DNA of 64,000 bases from an uncultured delta proteobacterium (GCA_963785045.1 CAWAUC010000020.1:277661-341660); one strand, 5' to 3'; positions 10,262 through 18,626 are shown, numbered from the stretch's first letter. The notes: generated by a model from the sequence alone, not told the origin. Translations and numbers: made by a program.

Positions 10262-10292
10262 AACCCCGTCGCGCCTGCGAGCGGGGTTTTTT
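10262..10292 (+). terminator. rho-independent terminator after motB
   Basis: GC-rich hairpin AACCCCGTCGCGCCTGCGAGCGGGGTT followed by TTTTTT. Confidence 0.55.
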
Positions 10293-10330
10293 GGTTGTCC
10301 CCCGGTAACTGCTCAAGTAGATAGACTGAA

Positions 10331-10476
10331 GGCTGGAGGCTCGGAGGCTGGAACGCCAGGAGGCTAAAAAAGAGCAGAAAAGGTTTTGCTTCAAGCTTCC
10401 CAGCTTCGGACATAAAACGCATTTACAATAGCCGCACAACGCCGGATCACGGCCTGAGGCGCGGTTTTTCAACACC
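10331..10476. repeat. MITE-like intergenic repeat, copy B (core plus right arm)
   Basis: GGCTGGAGGCTCGGAGGCTGGAACGCCAGGAGGCTAAAAAA...GCCGCACAACGCCGGATCAC...GTTTTTCAACACC. It is near-identical to the copies at 44284 and 44564. Confidence 0.65.
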
Positions 10477-10522
10477 TGAGTTACTTCCGCCGCCGCGCAG
10501 AGAGCAAGGAGGGCCCCGAACC

Positions 10523-12391
10523 ATGATGCCGAAGACGATGAACACCTACCTGCGTGATCTGGTTCCCGAAGCGGTCCTGGGGCAGCGCACGCAGCACCGG
10601 GAGGGCCGCTGTCATCTGGTGCTTGGCTACCGGGATGAGCATCTGTTGGCGAAAATGGGCATCAACTGCGACACGCTCGGCCCCAAGCTGGTCGCCTGCA
10701 TGTGGGACGAGGATCCGGTGCTCGAAATCGGCGGCTACCTGGTGGTGGACAATCTGGCCATGGGCTCACCCTCCATGGGCGGCATCCGAATGCTGCCCGA
10801 CCTCACCCCGGCCGACGTTCACAACCTCGCCCGCGGCATGACCCTCAAGAACGCCGCGGCCAACCTGCCGTTCGGCGGGGGCAAAGCCGGTATCGTGGCC
10901 GCCGCGGACCTGTCGCCGGAGGCGCACACGGAGGTGATCCGCCGGTTCGCCCGCCTGATTCGCCGCTATCGGGACATTTACGTGCCGGGGCCGGACGTCG
11001 GATCCAACGATGCCGACATGAAGACCATCGCCATCGAAAACGGCCTGGAGGGCGCCGTGTCCAAGCCGGCGGAAATGGGCGGCAACCGCATCGACGAACT
11101 GGGCGCGGCCGGCGGCGGGGTGGTCATTGCCCTGGAGCGGCTGATAGAGACCATGCCCCGTCTCAGCGTCCTGCCGCAGTTTGCCCGGCTGCGGATGCCG
11201 GCACCGCAGGAACTTACCGTCATCATCCAGGGCTTTGGGGCCGTCGGCGCTCACGCCGCCCGCATTCTGCACGAACGGCTGCCGGACGCCCGGGTCATCG
11301 GCATCAGCGACCGGGAGGGCTACCTCTTCGACACCTCCGGGCTGGGCGTGGAGGAATTGTTCGCGCGCTGGCAGAAGCACGGCACGGTGACCGGGGGCTG
11401 TTACCAGGAGCAGATCAAAGTCGGCGGGCAGCGCCCTGCCATGCACTTTTCCACCGCAGCCGACAACCTGCTGCGGGAATCGGCCTTCTGCCTCATCCCG
11501 GCGGCCCCGGTGTTCAACTACCTGGGGGTGCTGCCCTCGGACGCAAGCTCCATGAGTGTCGACCGAATGGGCGCCTGGTCGCTGATCGTCGAGGGGGCCA
11601 ACACCTACTCGCCGGATCCGAACCGCAAGGCCGCGCGTACCCGCATGGAGCAGGTGGTCTATCGCTTGAAAGGCGTCATGATCGCCAATGACTATCTCGT
11701 CAATTCCGGAGGCGTCATCTTTGCCGCCCAGGAGCAGATCGTCCCGACGCCGGAAGCGCTCCGGGTCCCCGAGCGCATGCTCGGCGACCGGGAGGCGGTG
11801 GAGGCGTGGCTGCGGCAGCACGCGGCGGGTTTTGCCGACCTTTCCGAAAAGCGCCTGGAGGCCGGCCGTGCCGGCCGCGAAAAAGTCATCCGCCACAACA
11901 TGACCGAATTGGTCGACCTGCTCGCATCCAGCCCCGAGCTGCTGCCCTGCCAGGCGGCCGAACGCATCAGCGTGCGCCGCCTGGCGGCCCGGGAGAGCGA
12001 ACGCACGGCGAAGGACGTCATGGAACCGATCCCGACGGTACGGATCGATGCGTTGCTGCCGGAGGCCGCGGGCCTGATCGTTCAGAGCCGCAGCAACATC
12101 ATCGCCGTTCTGGATCCGGACGGGGCCATTGCGGGAGTCGTGACCACCTGGGATATCACCCGCGCCATCGCCGAAGGGGTCTGCGAAGGCAGTCTGGACA
12201 AGATCATGACGCGGAAGGTGATCTCGGCCGCACCCGCATCACGCATCCTGGACATCCTGCGCGAGCTCGAACAGAACCGCATCTCGGCCATGCCGGTCGT
12301 GGAGGCCGGCCGGGTGCTGGGGATGGTCAACTCGGATCTTCTGGCCCAGCGCTACCTGACGCGGCTGCTGCGCACGCAGGAGGCGGGCTGA
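10523..12391 (+). CDS. Glu/Leu/Phe/Val dehydrogenase family protein fused to a C-terminal CBS-domain pair
   Basis: The catalytic-Lys block is KNAAANLPFGGGKAGI and the Rossmann motif is IQGFGAVGAH. The C-terminal ~130 aa hold two CBS repeats (DVMEPIPTVRID..., IMTRKVISAAP...ISAMPVV). Confidence 0.8.
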   Translation: MMPKTMNTYLRDLVPEAVLGQRTQHREGRCHLVLGYRDEHLLAKMGINCDTLGPKLVACMWDEDPVLEIGGYLVVDNLAMGSPSMGGIRMLPDLTPADVHNLARGMTLKNAAANLPFGGGKAGIVAAADLSPEAHTEVIRRFARLIRRYRDIYVPGPDVGSNDADMKTIAIENGLEGAVSKPAEMGGNRIDELGAAGGGVVIALERLIETMPRLSVLPQFARLRMPAPQELTVIIQGFGAVGAHAARILHERLPDARVIGISDREGYLFDTSGLGVEELFARWQKHGTVTGGCYQEQIKVGGQRPAMHFSTAADNLLRESAFCLIPAAPVFNYLGVLPSDASSMSVDRMGAWSLIVEGANTYSPDPNRKAARTRMEQVVYRLKGVMIANDYLVNSGGVIFAAQEQIVPTPEALRVPERMLGDREAVEAWLRQHAAGFADLSEKRLEAGRAGREKVIRHNMTELVDLLASSPELLPCQAAERISVRRLAARESERTAKDVMEPIPTVRIDALLPEAAGLIVQSRSNIIAVLDPDGAIAGVVTTWDITRAIAEGVCEGSLDKIMTRKVISAAPASRILDILRELEQNRISAMPVVEAGRVLGMVNSDLLAQRYLTRLLRTQEAG

Positions 12392-12402
12392 TGGCTTTCC
12401 CC

Positions 12403-14241
12403 TCAGCCCGCCAGATCGACCTTGACGACGACCAGGGTCGCATCGTCCTCGAATTTGACAGCTTGCTGAAAGCCCTTCAGGTCCGTGAAGACGGCTTGCA
12501 GAATGCCCTCGGCCGGCAGCGCCGCATGGGCTCGGATGAGGTCCAACACGCGGGCCTTGCCGTACATCGCGCCGGATGGGCTGCGCGCCTCCCACACGCC
12601 GTCGGTGGCGAGCACGACGACCTCACCGTCCATAACGCTTTTAACCTGCGACTGATAGACGTGGCCCGCATCGACCCCAATGGCCAAGCCCGGCCCGGTC
12701 AGCTCCTCGAACCGATCCTGATCCGGGTGGAAGACGAGCGCTGGCTCATGGCCCGCCCGCACCCACCGCAGCTGCCGCGCCCCGGGGTCGATTTCCAGAA
12801 CAAAGAGCGTCATGAATCGGCCTGAATCCTTCACGTCCCTTGTCAGCTCACGGTTGACGTCGGAGACGACCCGTTCGATCGCCCCGGCCTGAAGCGAGTG
12901 GCTGCGCAAAAGCGCCCGGACGGTCGTCATGAGCAGGGCGGCGGCCGTCCCGTGCCCGCAGACGTCCCCCACCGCAACGCGCAGCGCCCCGCCGGCGCCG
13001 TCGGGTCCGTCGAGAAAGTCGTAATAGTCCCCGCCGATCGCATCGCAGTAAATGCTCGCCCCGGCAATGTCCAGGTGCCTGATCTGCGGCGGTCCGGCCG
13101 GAAGCAGGTTGCGCTGGACCTCTTCGGCCATCAACAGCGACTGGCGCATCTTTTCCCGCTCGATCAGCCCGTCCTGCATGCGGTTGAACGAAGCGGCGAG
13201 CTGGGCGAACTCATCCCGGCTCTTCACGCGGACGGCTTGGCTGAAATCGATCACCTCCACCCGCCGCAGCGCCGCCTGAAGCGTACGGATGGGCCGCGAG
13301 ATGCCCAAGGCCAGCGCATAGCTTACGGCAAACCCGAGCAGAATTCCTCCGATGCCCAACCGCACCAGCCAGAGCCGCACCTGGTTGAGGAATTCGAGCT
13401 GACGATCCAGGGAGCGCGCCACCATGTATGAGGGTGAAACGGTTGGCGGTTCAACGATCTTGATCATGATGAAGCGCTCCGGGCCGGCCTGTACCGTGGC
13501 CGGATGGGCGGCCGAGAGGCTCACCAGGTCCTCCCAAGCGGCGGGCGTCCCATGGCTTTTCCCGGCGCCGGATTCAAAGGGGAACCCGCTGGACAGGAAA
13601 ACACCCCGATCTTCGAAAAAAGCGATATCCGCCTGGCTCAGATCCCGGATGGTTTGAAGGTCCTGCTTCAGCCAAGGAGACCCCACCACCACCGCGCCGA
13701 TCACCTCCCGTGCGTCGGGCGGGCCGATGCTCAGCGGAATCGCCATGAGCTGCAGGAAGGCACCTTCTTGTCGGATGAACCCGAGGGTCGCCCGGCCTTG
13801 GAGACTGCTGCGCACCGCCGGGTGCGCCAACAGGCGCGGCCCGAGGCTCCGGGCCGAATCGCTCAGGCCGCGGGCGGCACCGTTCACGTCCATCACGGCC
13901 AGGAGCTTCAGCTGGGGGAAGTTGGGCAGGATTTCGGTTTCGACGATGTCGTCCCGGGTCGGGCCGTCCAGACTCTTGTCGGTCAGCAGGGTGCGGGTCA
14001 GGGAATCGCCGGCCAGCCCCTGGGCAAGCTCACCCAGGTGCAGGCGGCGCTCCTCGATCAGGCGGCTGACCAACTGCCGCGCACGGAGGAGATCCCGCTC
14101 GATCTCGTCCGCGACATTGCGTTCGATCAGATTCTGGATCAGCAGGAAGGCCCCGCCCAACAGCCCAAAAATGATCACCGCAATGCACAGCGACAGCTTA
14201 TATTTAAAAGGAAACCGCCAGCCGGACATGTCAATAGGCAT
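12403..14241 (-). CDS. membrane sensor protein phosphatase, HAMP + SpoIIE/PP2C (RsbU-like)
   Basis: One TM helix, then a ~270-aa extracytoplasmic region, a second TM helix and a HAMP domain (RPIRTLQAALRRV..FAQLAASFNRMQDGL). The PP2C/SpoIIE blocks follow (GGDYYDF, VAVGDVCGHG, LATDGVWEA). The start is ambiguous: 14241, 14229, or the ORF-track 14337. Confidence 0.8.
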   Translation of the reverse strand: MPIDMSGWRFPFKYKLSLCIAVIIFGLLGGAFLLIQNLIERNVADEIERDLLRARQLVSRLIEERRLHLGELAQGLAGDSLTRTLLTDKSLDGPTRDDIVETEILPNFPQLKLLAVMDVNGAARGLSDSARSLGPRLLAHPAVRSSLQGRATLGFIRQEGAFLQLMAIPLSIGPPDAREVIGAVVVGSPWLKQDLQTIRDLSQADIAFFEDRGVFLSSGFPFESGAGKSHGTPAAWEDLVSLSAAHPATVQAGPERFIMIKIVEPPTVSPSYMVARSLDRQLEFLNQVRLWLVRLGIGGILLGFAVSYALALGISRPIRTLQAALRRVEVIDFSQAVRVKSRDEFAQLAASFNRMQDGLIEREKMRQSLLMAEEVQRNLLPAGPPQIRHLDIAGASIYCDAIGGDYYDFLDGPDGAGGALRVAVGDVCGHGTAAALLMTTVRALLRSHSLQAGAIERVVSDVNRELTRDVKDSGRFMTLFVLEIDPGARQLRWVRAGHEPALVFHPDQDRFEELTGPGLAIGVDAGHVYQSQVKSVMDGEVVVLATDGVWEARSPSGAMYGKARVLDLIRAHAALPAEGILQAVFTDLKGFQQAVKFEDDATLVVVKVDLAG

Positions 14242-14938
14242 CTCCCAAGGGCGAGGGGTCTGGGTAGCTTTGGCCGGCTTTGCCCAGGTGTTCCAGGACC
14301 TCCTCGGTGGTCTGGGAACTGCGGATCGTGAAATCAACCGTCAGACTATCCTTCCCGACGCGAATCGGGGTCCGGTCCTCGCCGCCGAAGATGTGCCAGA
14401 CCCGCAGGACGTAGTTGCCCTCCGGAGGCGCATCGATGCGGTAGCGGCCGTTTTCATCGGTTACGCCGAAATAGCGGTTGGGCAGGACGAAAATATCAGC
14501 CACCATGCTCTTGTGGATCATGCAGTAAACCTTGTGGCGCTTCAGCACCTGAAGATGCACGGATTTGGACTCCCCGGCCGGGTAAAGACCCAGGTCGAAC
14601 GGTTCCTGGTCGTGGGGGGAGAAGACGTTGTGCTGTACCTTGTCCGAGTTCAAGATCCGGATCTCCTGTCCCTTGACCACGGGCAAAAGACGTGGAACGA
14701 ACTCCTTGTTCCTCTGGTCCATGACGGCAGACTCGCCGGGCGGGGGTGTTTCCAGTCCCTCAATGAAAACCACTGCATGGTCGAAGCGCGCAAGCGGCTG
14801 CTGACCGTCCTTGCTCAAGACGGTGACGCGGCCGGTAATCTCGGCGGCACCCGCCGCAAGAGAGGTTGCCAGCAGGATCGCCAAGACAATGACTGCCGGC
14901 CGCAGCCGTCTGGCATCGGCGGTGAGGTTGCGGTTCAT
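14231..14938 (-). CDS. secreted cupredoxin-like protein with carboxypeptidase-regulatory-like C-terminal domain
   Basis: A signal peptide (AVIVLAILLATSLAAGAA) is present. The plastocyanin-like block is VKGQEIRILNSDKVQHNVFS...YCMIHKSM, followed by a TDENGRYRIDAPPEGNYVLRVW beta-sandwich motif. The stop abuts or overlaps the phosphatase start. Confidence 0.55.
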   Translation of the reverse strand: MNRNLTADARRLRPAVIVLAILLATSLAAGAAEITGRVTVLSKDGQQPLARFDHAVVFIEGLETPPPGESAVMDQRNKEFVPRLLPVVKGQEIRILNSDKVQHNVFSPHDQEPFDLGLYPAGESKSVHLQVLKRHKVYCMIHKSMVADIFVLPNRYFGVTDENGRYRIDAPPEGNYVLRVWHIFGGEDRTPIRVGKDSLTVDFTIRSSQTTEEVLEHLGKAGQSYPDPSPLGDAY

Positions 14939-15100
14939 GTCTCAAGCCCTCCGATCGGGTATCGGCCACGGGCGCAGCGCTTGGCTTTGACGCTGCACGG
15001 CCGCTCGGGTGATACGAGTCCCCGCAATGAGGGTATCCTCGAATGGCTCAAATATGCGACCGCTTATCGGCGGCGTCAAACCGGACGGACCGCCTCAGCC

Positions 15101-16192
15101 TCAGACCCCGGCCAGCGACCTGACCGACTGGACGCACGAGGTGCTGAAGCCGATGAGGGCATCCAGTTTCTGATTCGCCTTTCCCGAGTCGATAGAAGCC
15201 GCCGCCCGGTCGATTCCCGCCCGGAAATCGCCATCCAGCCCCGCCGCCACGAAGGAGGCCGCGGCGTTCAACAGCACGACATCCCGGCGCGGCCCTTTCT
15301 CTCCCGCCAGAAGACTGCGAACGATGCGGGCATTCTCCCGGGCATTGCCGCCGCGGATCGCCTCCTTTGCGGCCCGGCGCAGACCGAGCTCTTCGGGGGT
15401 GAGCTCGAAGGTGCTCGTTGCCCCGTGCTTCAGGTGGGATACGCGGGTCGGCCCGCAGATGCTGATCTCATCAAACGTGCCCTCCCCGTGAACGACGAAG
15501 GCCTCCCGTGTGCCGAGGTTCTTCAGCACCAGCGCCATCTTTTCCGTCAGGCCCGGCTCATAGACCCCCAGGACCTGGATGGTCGCCCCCGCCGGGTTGG
15601 TGAGCGGGCCCAGCAGATTGAACAGGGTTCGCAGGCCGAGCTCCTGCCGTGCGCGGGCGACATGGGCGAGTGCCGTGTTGAACATGGGCTCGTAGAGAAA
15701 GCCGATCCCGATCTCCCGGATGCAGCTCTCCACGGTGGTCGGCGGCACATCCAGATTGACTCCCAGCTGCACCAGGACATCGGCGCTGCCGCAAGCGCTG
15801 GATACGCAGTGGCTGCCGTGTTTGGCCACCCGGATGCCGGCCCCGGCGGCCACAAAAGCGGTGGCGGTGGAGATGTTGAAGGTGTGGGTGCCGTCGCCGC
15901 CGGTTCCGCAGGTGTCCAGGATGGTCTCATCGTCCGCATTGATCTCCTCCCGGTCGAGGTTGACCAGGTGGTCGCTCACATCGATCTTGCGGGCCTTTGT
16001 GCGCATGACGCGGGCGGCGGCCGTGATCTCTTCGACGGTCTCACCCTTCATGCGCAGCGCGGCGAGAAACGCCCCGACCTGGGCCGAGGTGGTGTTGCCG
16101 GTCAGAATCTCTTCCATCGTGGCTTGCATTTCCGGCTCGCTGAGATTCTCGCGGTTGATCGCTTTGATCGTGGCTTTTTTAATCATGCTCAT
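15101..16192 (-). CDS. trpD: anthranilate phosphoribosyltransferase
   Basis: TrpD blocks are present: GAFLAALRMKGET, DTCGTGGDGTHTFNISTA, AKHGSH, GPLTNPAG. A strong AGGAGGAG RBS precedes the ATG. Confidence 0.9.
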   Translation of the reverse strand: MSMIKKATIKAINRENLSEPEMQATMEEILTGNTTSAQVGAFLAALRMKGETVEEITAAARVMRTKARKIDVSDHLVNLDREEINADDETILDTCGTGGDGTHTFNISTATAFVAAGAGIRVAKHGSHCVSSACGSADVLVQLGVNLDVPPTTVESCIREIGIGFLYEPMFNTALAHVARARQELGLRTLFNLLGPLTNPAGATIQVLGVYEPGLTEKMALVLKNLGTREAFVVHGEGTFDEISICGPTRVSHLKHGATSTFELTPEELGLRRAAKEAIRGGNARENARIVRSLLAGEKGPRRDVVLLNAAASFVAAGLDGDFRAGIDRAAASIDSGKANQKLDALIGFSTSCVQSVRSLAGV

Positions 16193-16251
16193 CTCCTCCT
16201 GGGGTCGATCCCAAAAACAATGCGGCCGCGGGGGATGCGCCCCACGGCCTC

Positions 16252-16290
16252 AAATAAAAAACCGCGGGGCCTTGGGAGAGGGCCTCGCGG
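16252..16290 (-). terminator. attenuator-type intrinsic terminator in the trpD leader
   Basis: The minus-strand RNA is CCGCGAGGCC-CUCUCCCAA-GGCCCCGCGG followed by UUUUUUAUUU, about 40 nt after the leader-peptide stop. A second 10-bp hairpin (16224-16249) followed by UUGUUUUU lies between it and the trpD RBS. Confidence 0.6.
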
Positions 16291-16330
16291 TTTTGGATTT
16301 CAGCTGTTCACGGCAGGCGCACCCCCCCCC

Positions 16331-16384
16331 TCAGGTGATGCACCACCACCAGTTGCCCAATGAAAACGTATGATCCAGCGGCAT
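16331..16384 (-). CDS. Trp-rich leader peptide (17 aa, MPLDHTFSLGNWWWCIT)
   Basis: The minus-strand reading is ATG CCG CTG GAT CAT ACG TTT TCA TTG GGC AAC TGG TGG TGG TGC ATC ACC TGA. It has three consecutive Trp codons, lies upstream of trpD, and is followed by a terminator. Confidence 0.6.
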   Translation of the reverse strand: MPLDHTFSLGNWWWCIT

Positions 16385-16406
16385 AACGGTGTTCCATGAT
16401 AGATTT

Positions 16407-16435
16407 TTAGTATCCTCCGGGTCAGACGATGTCAA
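16407..16435 (-). promoter_or_regulatory. possible sigma-70 promoter for the trp leader
   Basis: On the minus strand the sequence is TTGACA-N17-TACTAA, about 20 nt upstream of the leader ATG. The -10 element is weak. Confidence 0.35.
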
Positions 16436-16599
16436 GCATTATTCGTGCAACACCGTCGGCGACGTGAGCAGGCCTTCTATCCCGCCGGCCCCATTGAACC
16501 GCATTTCCCATGCCCTCTTAGGGCAATAATTAAAGGCCTGCAGGAAAAACCCATTGCACGGTTAAGAATAATGCCCCCTACAACTCCCATTATCGCATC

Positions 16600-16997
16600 A
16601 TGACCGCCTGCTTTTCCCAACCGGATATCGACCAGGCTCCCTGTGTGGCAAAGGCTGAAGGGTTGGATGCCGATTTGCTCAGGGCACGGGTTGCCGAGGG
16701 TCGGATCGTATTGCCGATGAATAGAAACCGAAAGGCGAATCCGGTGGGGATCGGAATGGGTTTGCAAACCAAGGTTAATGCCTCCATCGGCACCTCGACG
16801 GACATTGTCGATCTAGATGCGGAAATCCGCAAGGCCAATTCAATACCGCTCTTTTTGCTCAGGATGCGATGAGGATTCGCAACCGGCGATTGCCCGACTG
16901 TGATTCGAAAGTGTGCACCATGTGCGGGGCATTTTGCGCAAACCGAGCCTCCAACAAGCTGTTTGCCGCTGCACTGGAACATGGCCAGAAGACATAG
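16600..16997 (+). pseudogene. thiC: phosphomethylpyrimidine synthase ThiC remnant (large internal deletion)
   Basis: The N-terminal piece VAKAEGLDADLLRARVAEGRIVLPMNRNRKANPVGIGMGLQTKVNASIGTS matches the ThiC N-region. In a second frame, AQDAMRIRNRRLPDCDSKVCTMCGAFCANRASNKLF matches the ThiC C-terminus with its CxxCG motif. About 300 aa of the catalytic core is absent. Confidence 0.75.
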
Positions 16998-17162
16998 TCA
17001 GATTTCCCTGGCCGTTCGAGCTTGACCAAACGGCATGTGAAACCGAAGGCGATCGCCTAGGATTTGGCCAATCGAATTTGCGGCCTATTTTCTTTGACTT
17101 GATCGATGGCCGTGACTGTTATATTGTATATACACTGTCATCAATCGAGTCGGAGATGCATC

Positions 17163-17408
17163 ATGAGCAACCAAATGATCGTCCGGATTCAACCGGAGCT
17201 GAAAGCCAAGGTGAACACCCTTGCCAAGGCGGAGGGCAAAAGCGTCAGTGAGGTCGTTCGGGAACTGCTCGACGGTTACGTAAAAAATCGCGATATTAGC
17301 TCCTATATCGACGACCTGTGGGATCGTGTCGGAAGCAACCTGAAAACGCGCGGAGTCCGGCGTTCCGACATTCAGCGCGCCATAAAAGACGCGAGGATAA
17401 AAAGGTGA
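17163..17408 (+). CDS. ribbon-helix-helix (CopG-like) antitoxin
   Basis: 81 aa. MIVRIQPELKAKVNTLAKAEGKSVSEVVRELL is a typical RHH strand-helix-helix. Its stop overlaps the GTG start of the downstream PIN gene. Confidence 0.75.
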   Translation: MSNQMIVRIQPELKAKVNTLAKAEGKSVSEVVRELLDGYVKNRDISSYIDDLWDRVGSNLKTRGVRRSDIQRAIKDARIKR

Positions 17409-17821
17409 CCCGCGTCGTCATCGACACGAATGTGTTTGTTTCGTCTTTTTTCGGCGGCAACCCGCGCAAAATTATCGATCGGTGGAAAACGGGCAAAATC
17501 ACCCTGTGCCTTTCAAGGCCCATCATCGATGAATATGTTGATGTCCTTCGCCGCCTCGGGCTGCAGAACGAGAAGGAACTGGATGATTTGCTTTCGCTCT
17601 TTGCACAAGGTTTTCATGTCCTCTTTTCCGCCCGGACCCCGAAATTAAATGTCGTCCTGGAGGACCCGGACGATAACAAATTCATCGAATGTGCCGTAGC
17701 CCTGAAAGCGACATTTTTAGTGTCCGGGGACAAATATCTCATCGGTATCAAGGATTATATGAGAATTAAGATCGTTTCCCTTAAAGATTTTCTTGGCCTT
17801 GCCCGAAATGCTGAAGACTGA
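17405..17821 (+). CDS. PIN-domain toxin (TIGR00305-like)
   Basis: VVIDTNVFVSSFF..., DPDDNKFIECAVA and FLVSGDKYL are the acidic PIN motifs. The GTG start at 17405 overlaps the antitoxin stop. Confidence 0.8.
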   Translation: MTRVVIDTNVFVSSFFGGNPRKIIDRWKTGKITLCLSRPIIDEYVDVLRRLGLQNEKELDDLLSLFAQGFHVLFSARTPKLNVVLEDPDDNKFIECAVALKATFLVSGDKYLIGIKDYMRIKIVSLKDFLGLARNAED

Positions 17822-17882
17822 ACCGCCATCATTTAGAAAAAATAAGAAAAACAAAAGGAAAACGCCAAACCGGAGGCCGGCC

Positions 17883-18275
17883 ATGACCAGGGATGAGCAA
17901 ATCGCCTACTGGGTCGAGGAATCAGAGAGGGACATGGCGGTCATGCATAGCCTGCTTGAAAACCGGCATTACACATGGGCGCTTTTTGTTGGCCACCTGG
18001 TTCTGGAAAAACTGCTGAAGGCGCTCTACGTAAAAAATGTCGGGCTGCAGGTGCCGCAGGTCCACAACCTTCTCAAGATAGCAAGAACATGCGGCTTGCG
18101 GATGTCCGACGAACAGGAGGAGTTTTTCTTGGAGGTGACGACATACAACATCAAGACGCGATATCCCGACTACAAAAAAAGCTTTCTACGCAAGGCAAAC
18201 GAAAAATTTACCTTGGATAGGATCGCACGGATCGAGGAGATGCAAAAATGGCTCAGAGAAATAATAGCCGGATAA
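17883..18275 (+). CDS. HEPN domain protein (HEPN-MNT toxin-antitoxin component)
   Basis: About 130 aa, helical (AYWVEESERDMAVMHSLLENRHYTWALFVGHLVLEKLLKALY, HNLLKI). It overlaps the downstream nucleotidyltransferase gene. Confidence 0.72.
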   Translation: MTRDEQIAYWVEESERDMAVMHSLLENRHYTWALFVGHLVLEKLLKALYVKNVGLQVPQVHNLLKIARTCGLRMSDEQEEFFLEVTTYNIKTRYPDYKKSFLRKANEKFTLDRIARIEEMQKWLREIIAG

Positions 18276-18571
18276 TCAACGACACGATCACGGAATACGT
18301 CCAAACACTTCAGGATAATCGGATTCCGGTCTGGCGCTTGTATCTGTTTGGCTCCCACGCTAAAGGAACTGCGAAGGCGGACAGCGACATTGACCTGGCA
18401 GTTTTTCTAGACCGGGACGAAATTGACGGCTTTAACGAAGATGTTCAGTTGATGCGCCTCACCCGCAAGGTGGATTTAAGTATAGAACCCCACTGTTTTT
18501 CCCGAAAGGATTTCGAGGATCCCGATCCGTTTGTCCAGGGAATCCTCGCCAACGGTGAGCGCGTATTGTGA
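18248..18571 (+). CDS. minimal nucleotidyltransferase (MNT) domain protein
   Basis: LYLFGSHAKGTAKADSDIDLAVFL is the GS-x(n)-DxD pol-beta-type NTase motif. It is paired with the HEPN gene. Confidence 0.8.
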   Translation: MAQRNNSRIINDTITEYVQTLQDNRIPVWRLYLFGSHAKGTAKADSDIDLAVFLDRDEIDGFNEDVQLMRLTRKVDLSIEPHCFSRKDFEDPDPFVQGILANGERVL

Positions 18572-18597
18572 AACAATTTGGGAAGCAGAATAAATAA

Positions 18598-18626
18598 CGG
18601 TTCATCCCTGCGCGTGCGGGGAACGC
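18598..18626 (-). CRISPR. solitary type I-E-like CRISPR repeat (no array)
   Basis: CGGTTCATCCCTGCGCGTGCGGGGAACGC (29 nt) is very close to the reverse complement of the E. coli-type I-E repeat (CGGTTTATCCCCGCTGGCGCGGGGAACAC). Only one copy is present. AT-rich DNA lies on the side where a leader would be. Confidence 0.6.

Noticed and set aside
10239-10475. Small ORFs starting MCGFCKC or MLKNRASG inside the MITE-like repeats. They are also seen at 3431-3625 and 44236-44427.
   Set aside because: They exist only because the repeat is repeated. Their frames and lengths differ between copies, and there is no RBS.
16440-16600. Possible TPP riboswitch upstream of the thiC remnant.
   Set aside because: Only a weak resemblance to the 3' half of the THI element is visible (ACCC...AATAATGCC). 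The conserved CTGAGA box and P1 pairing are not visible. It would need cmscan to revisit.
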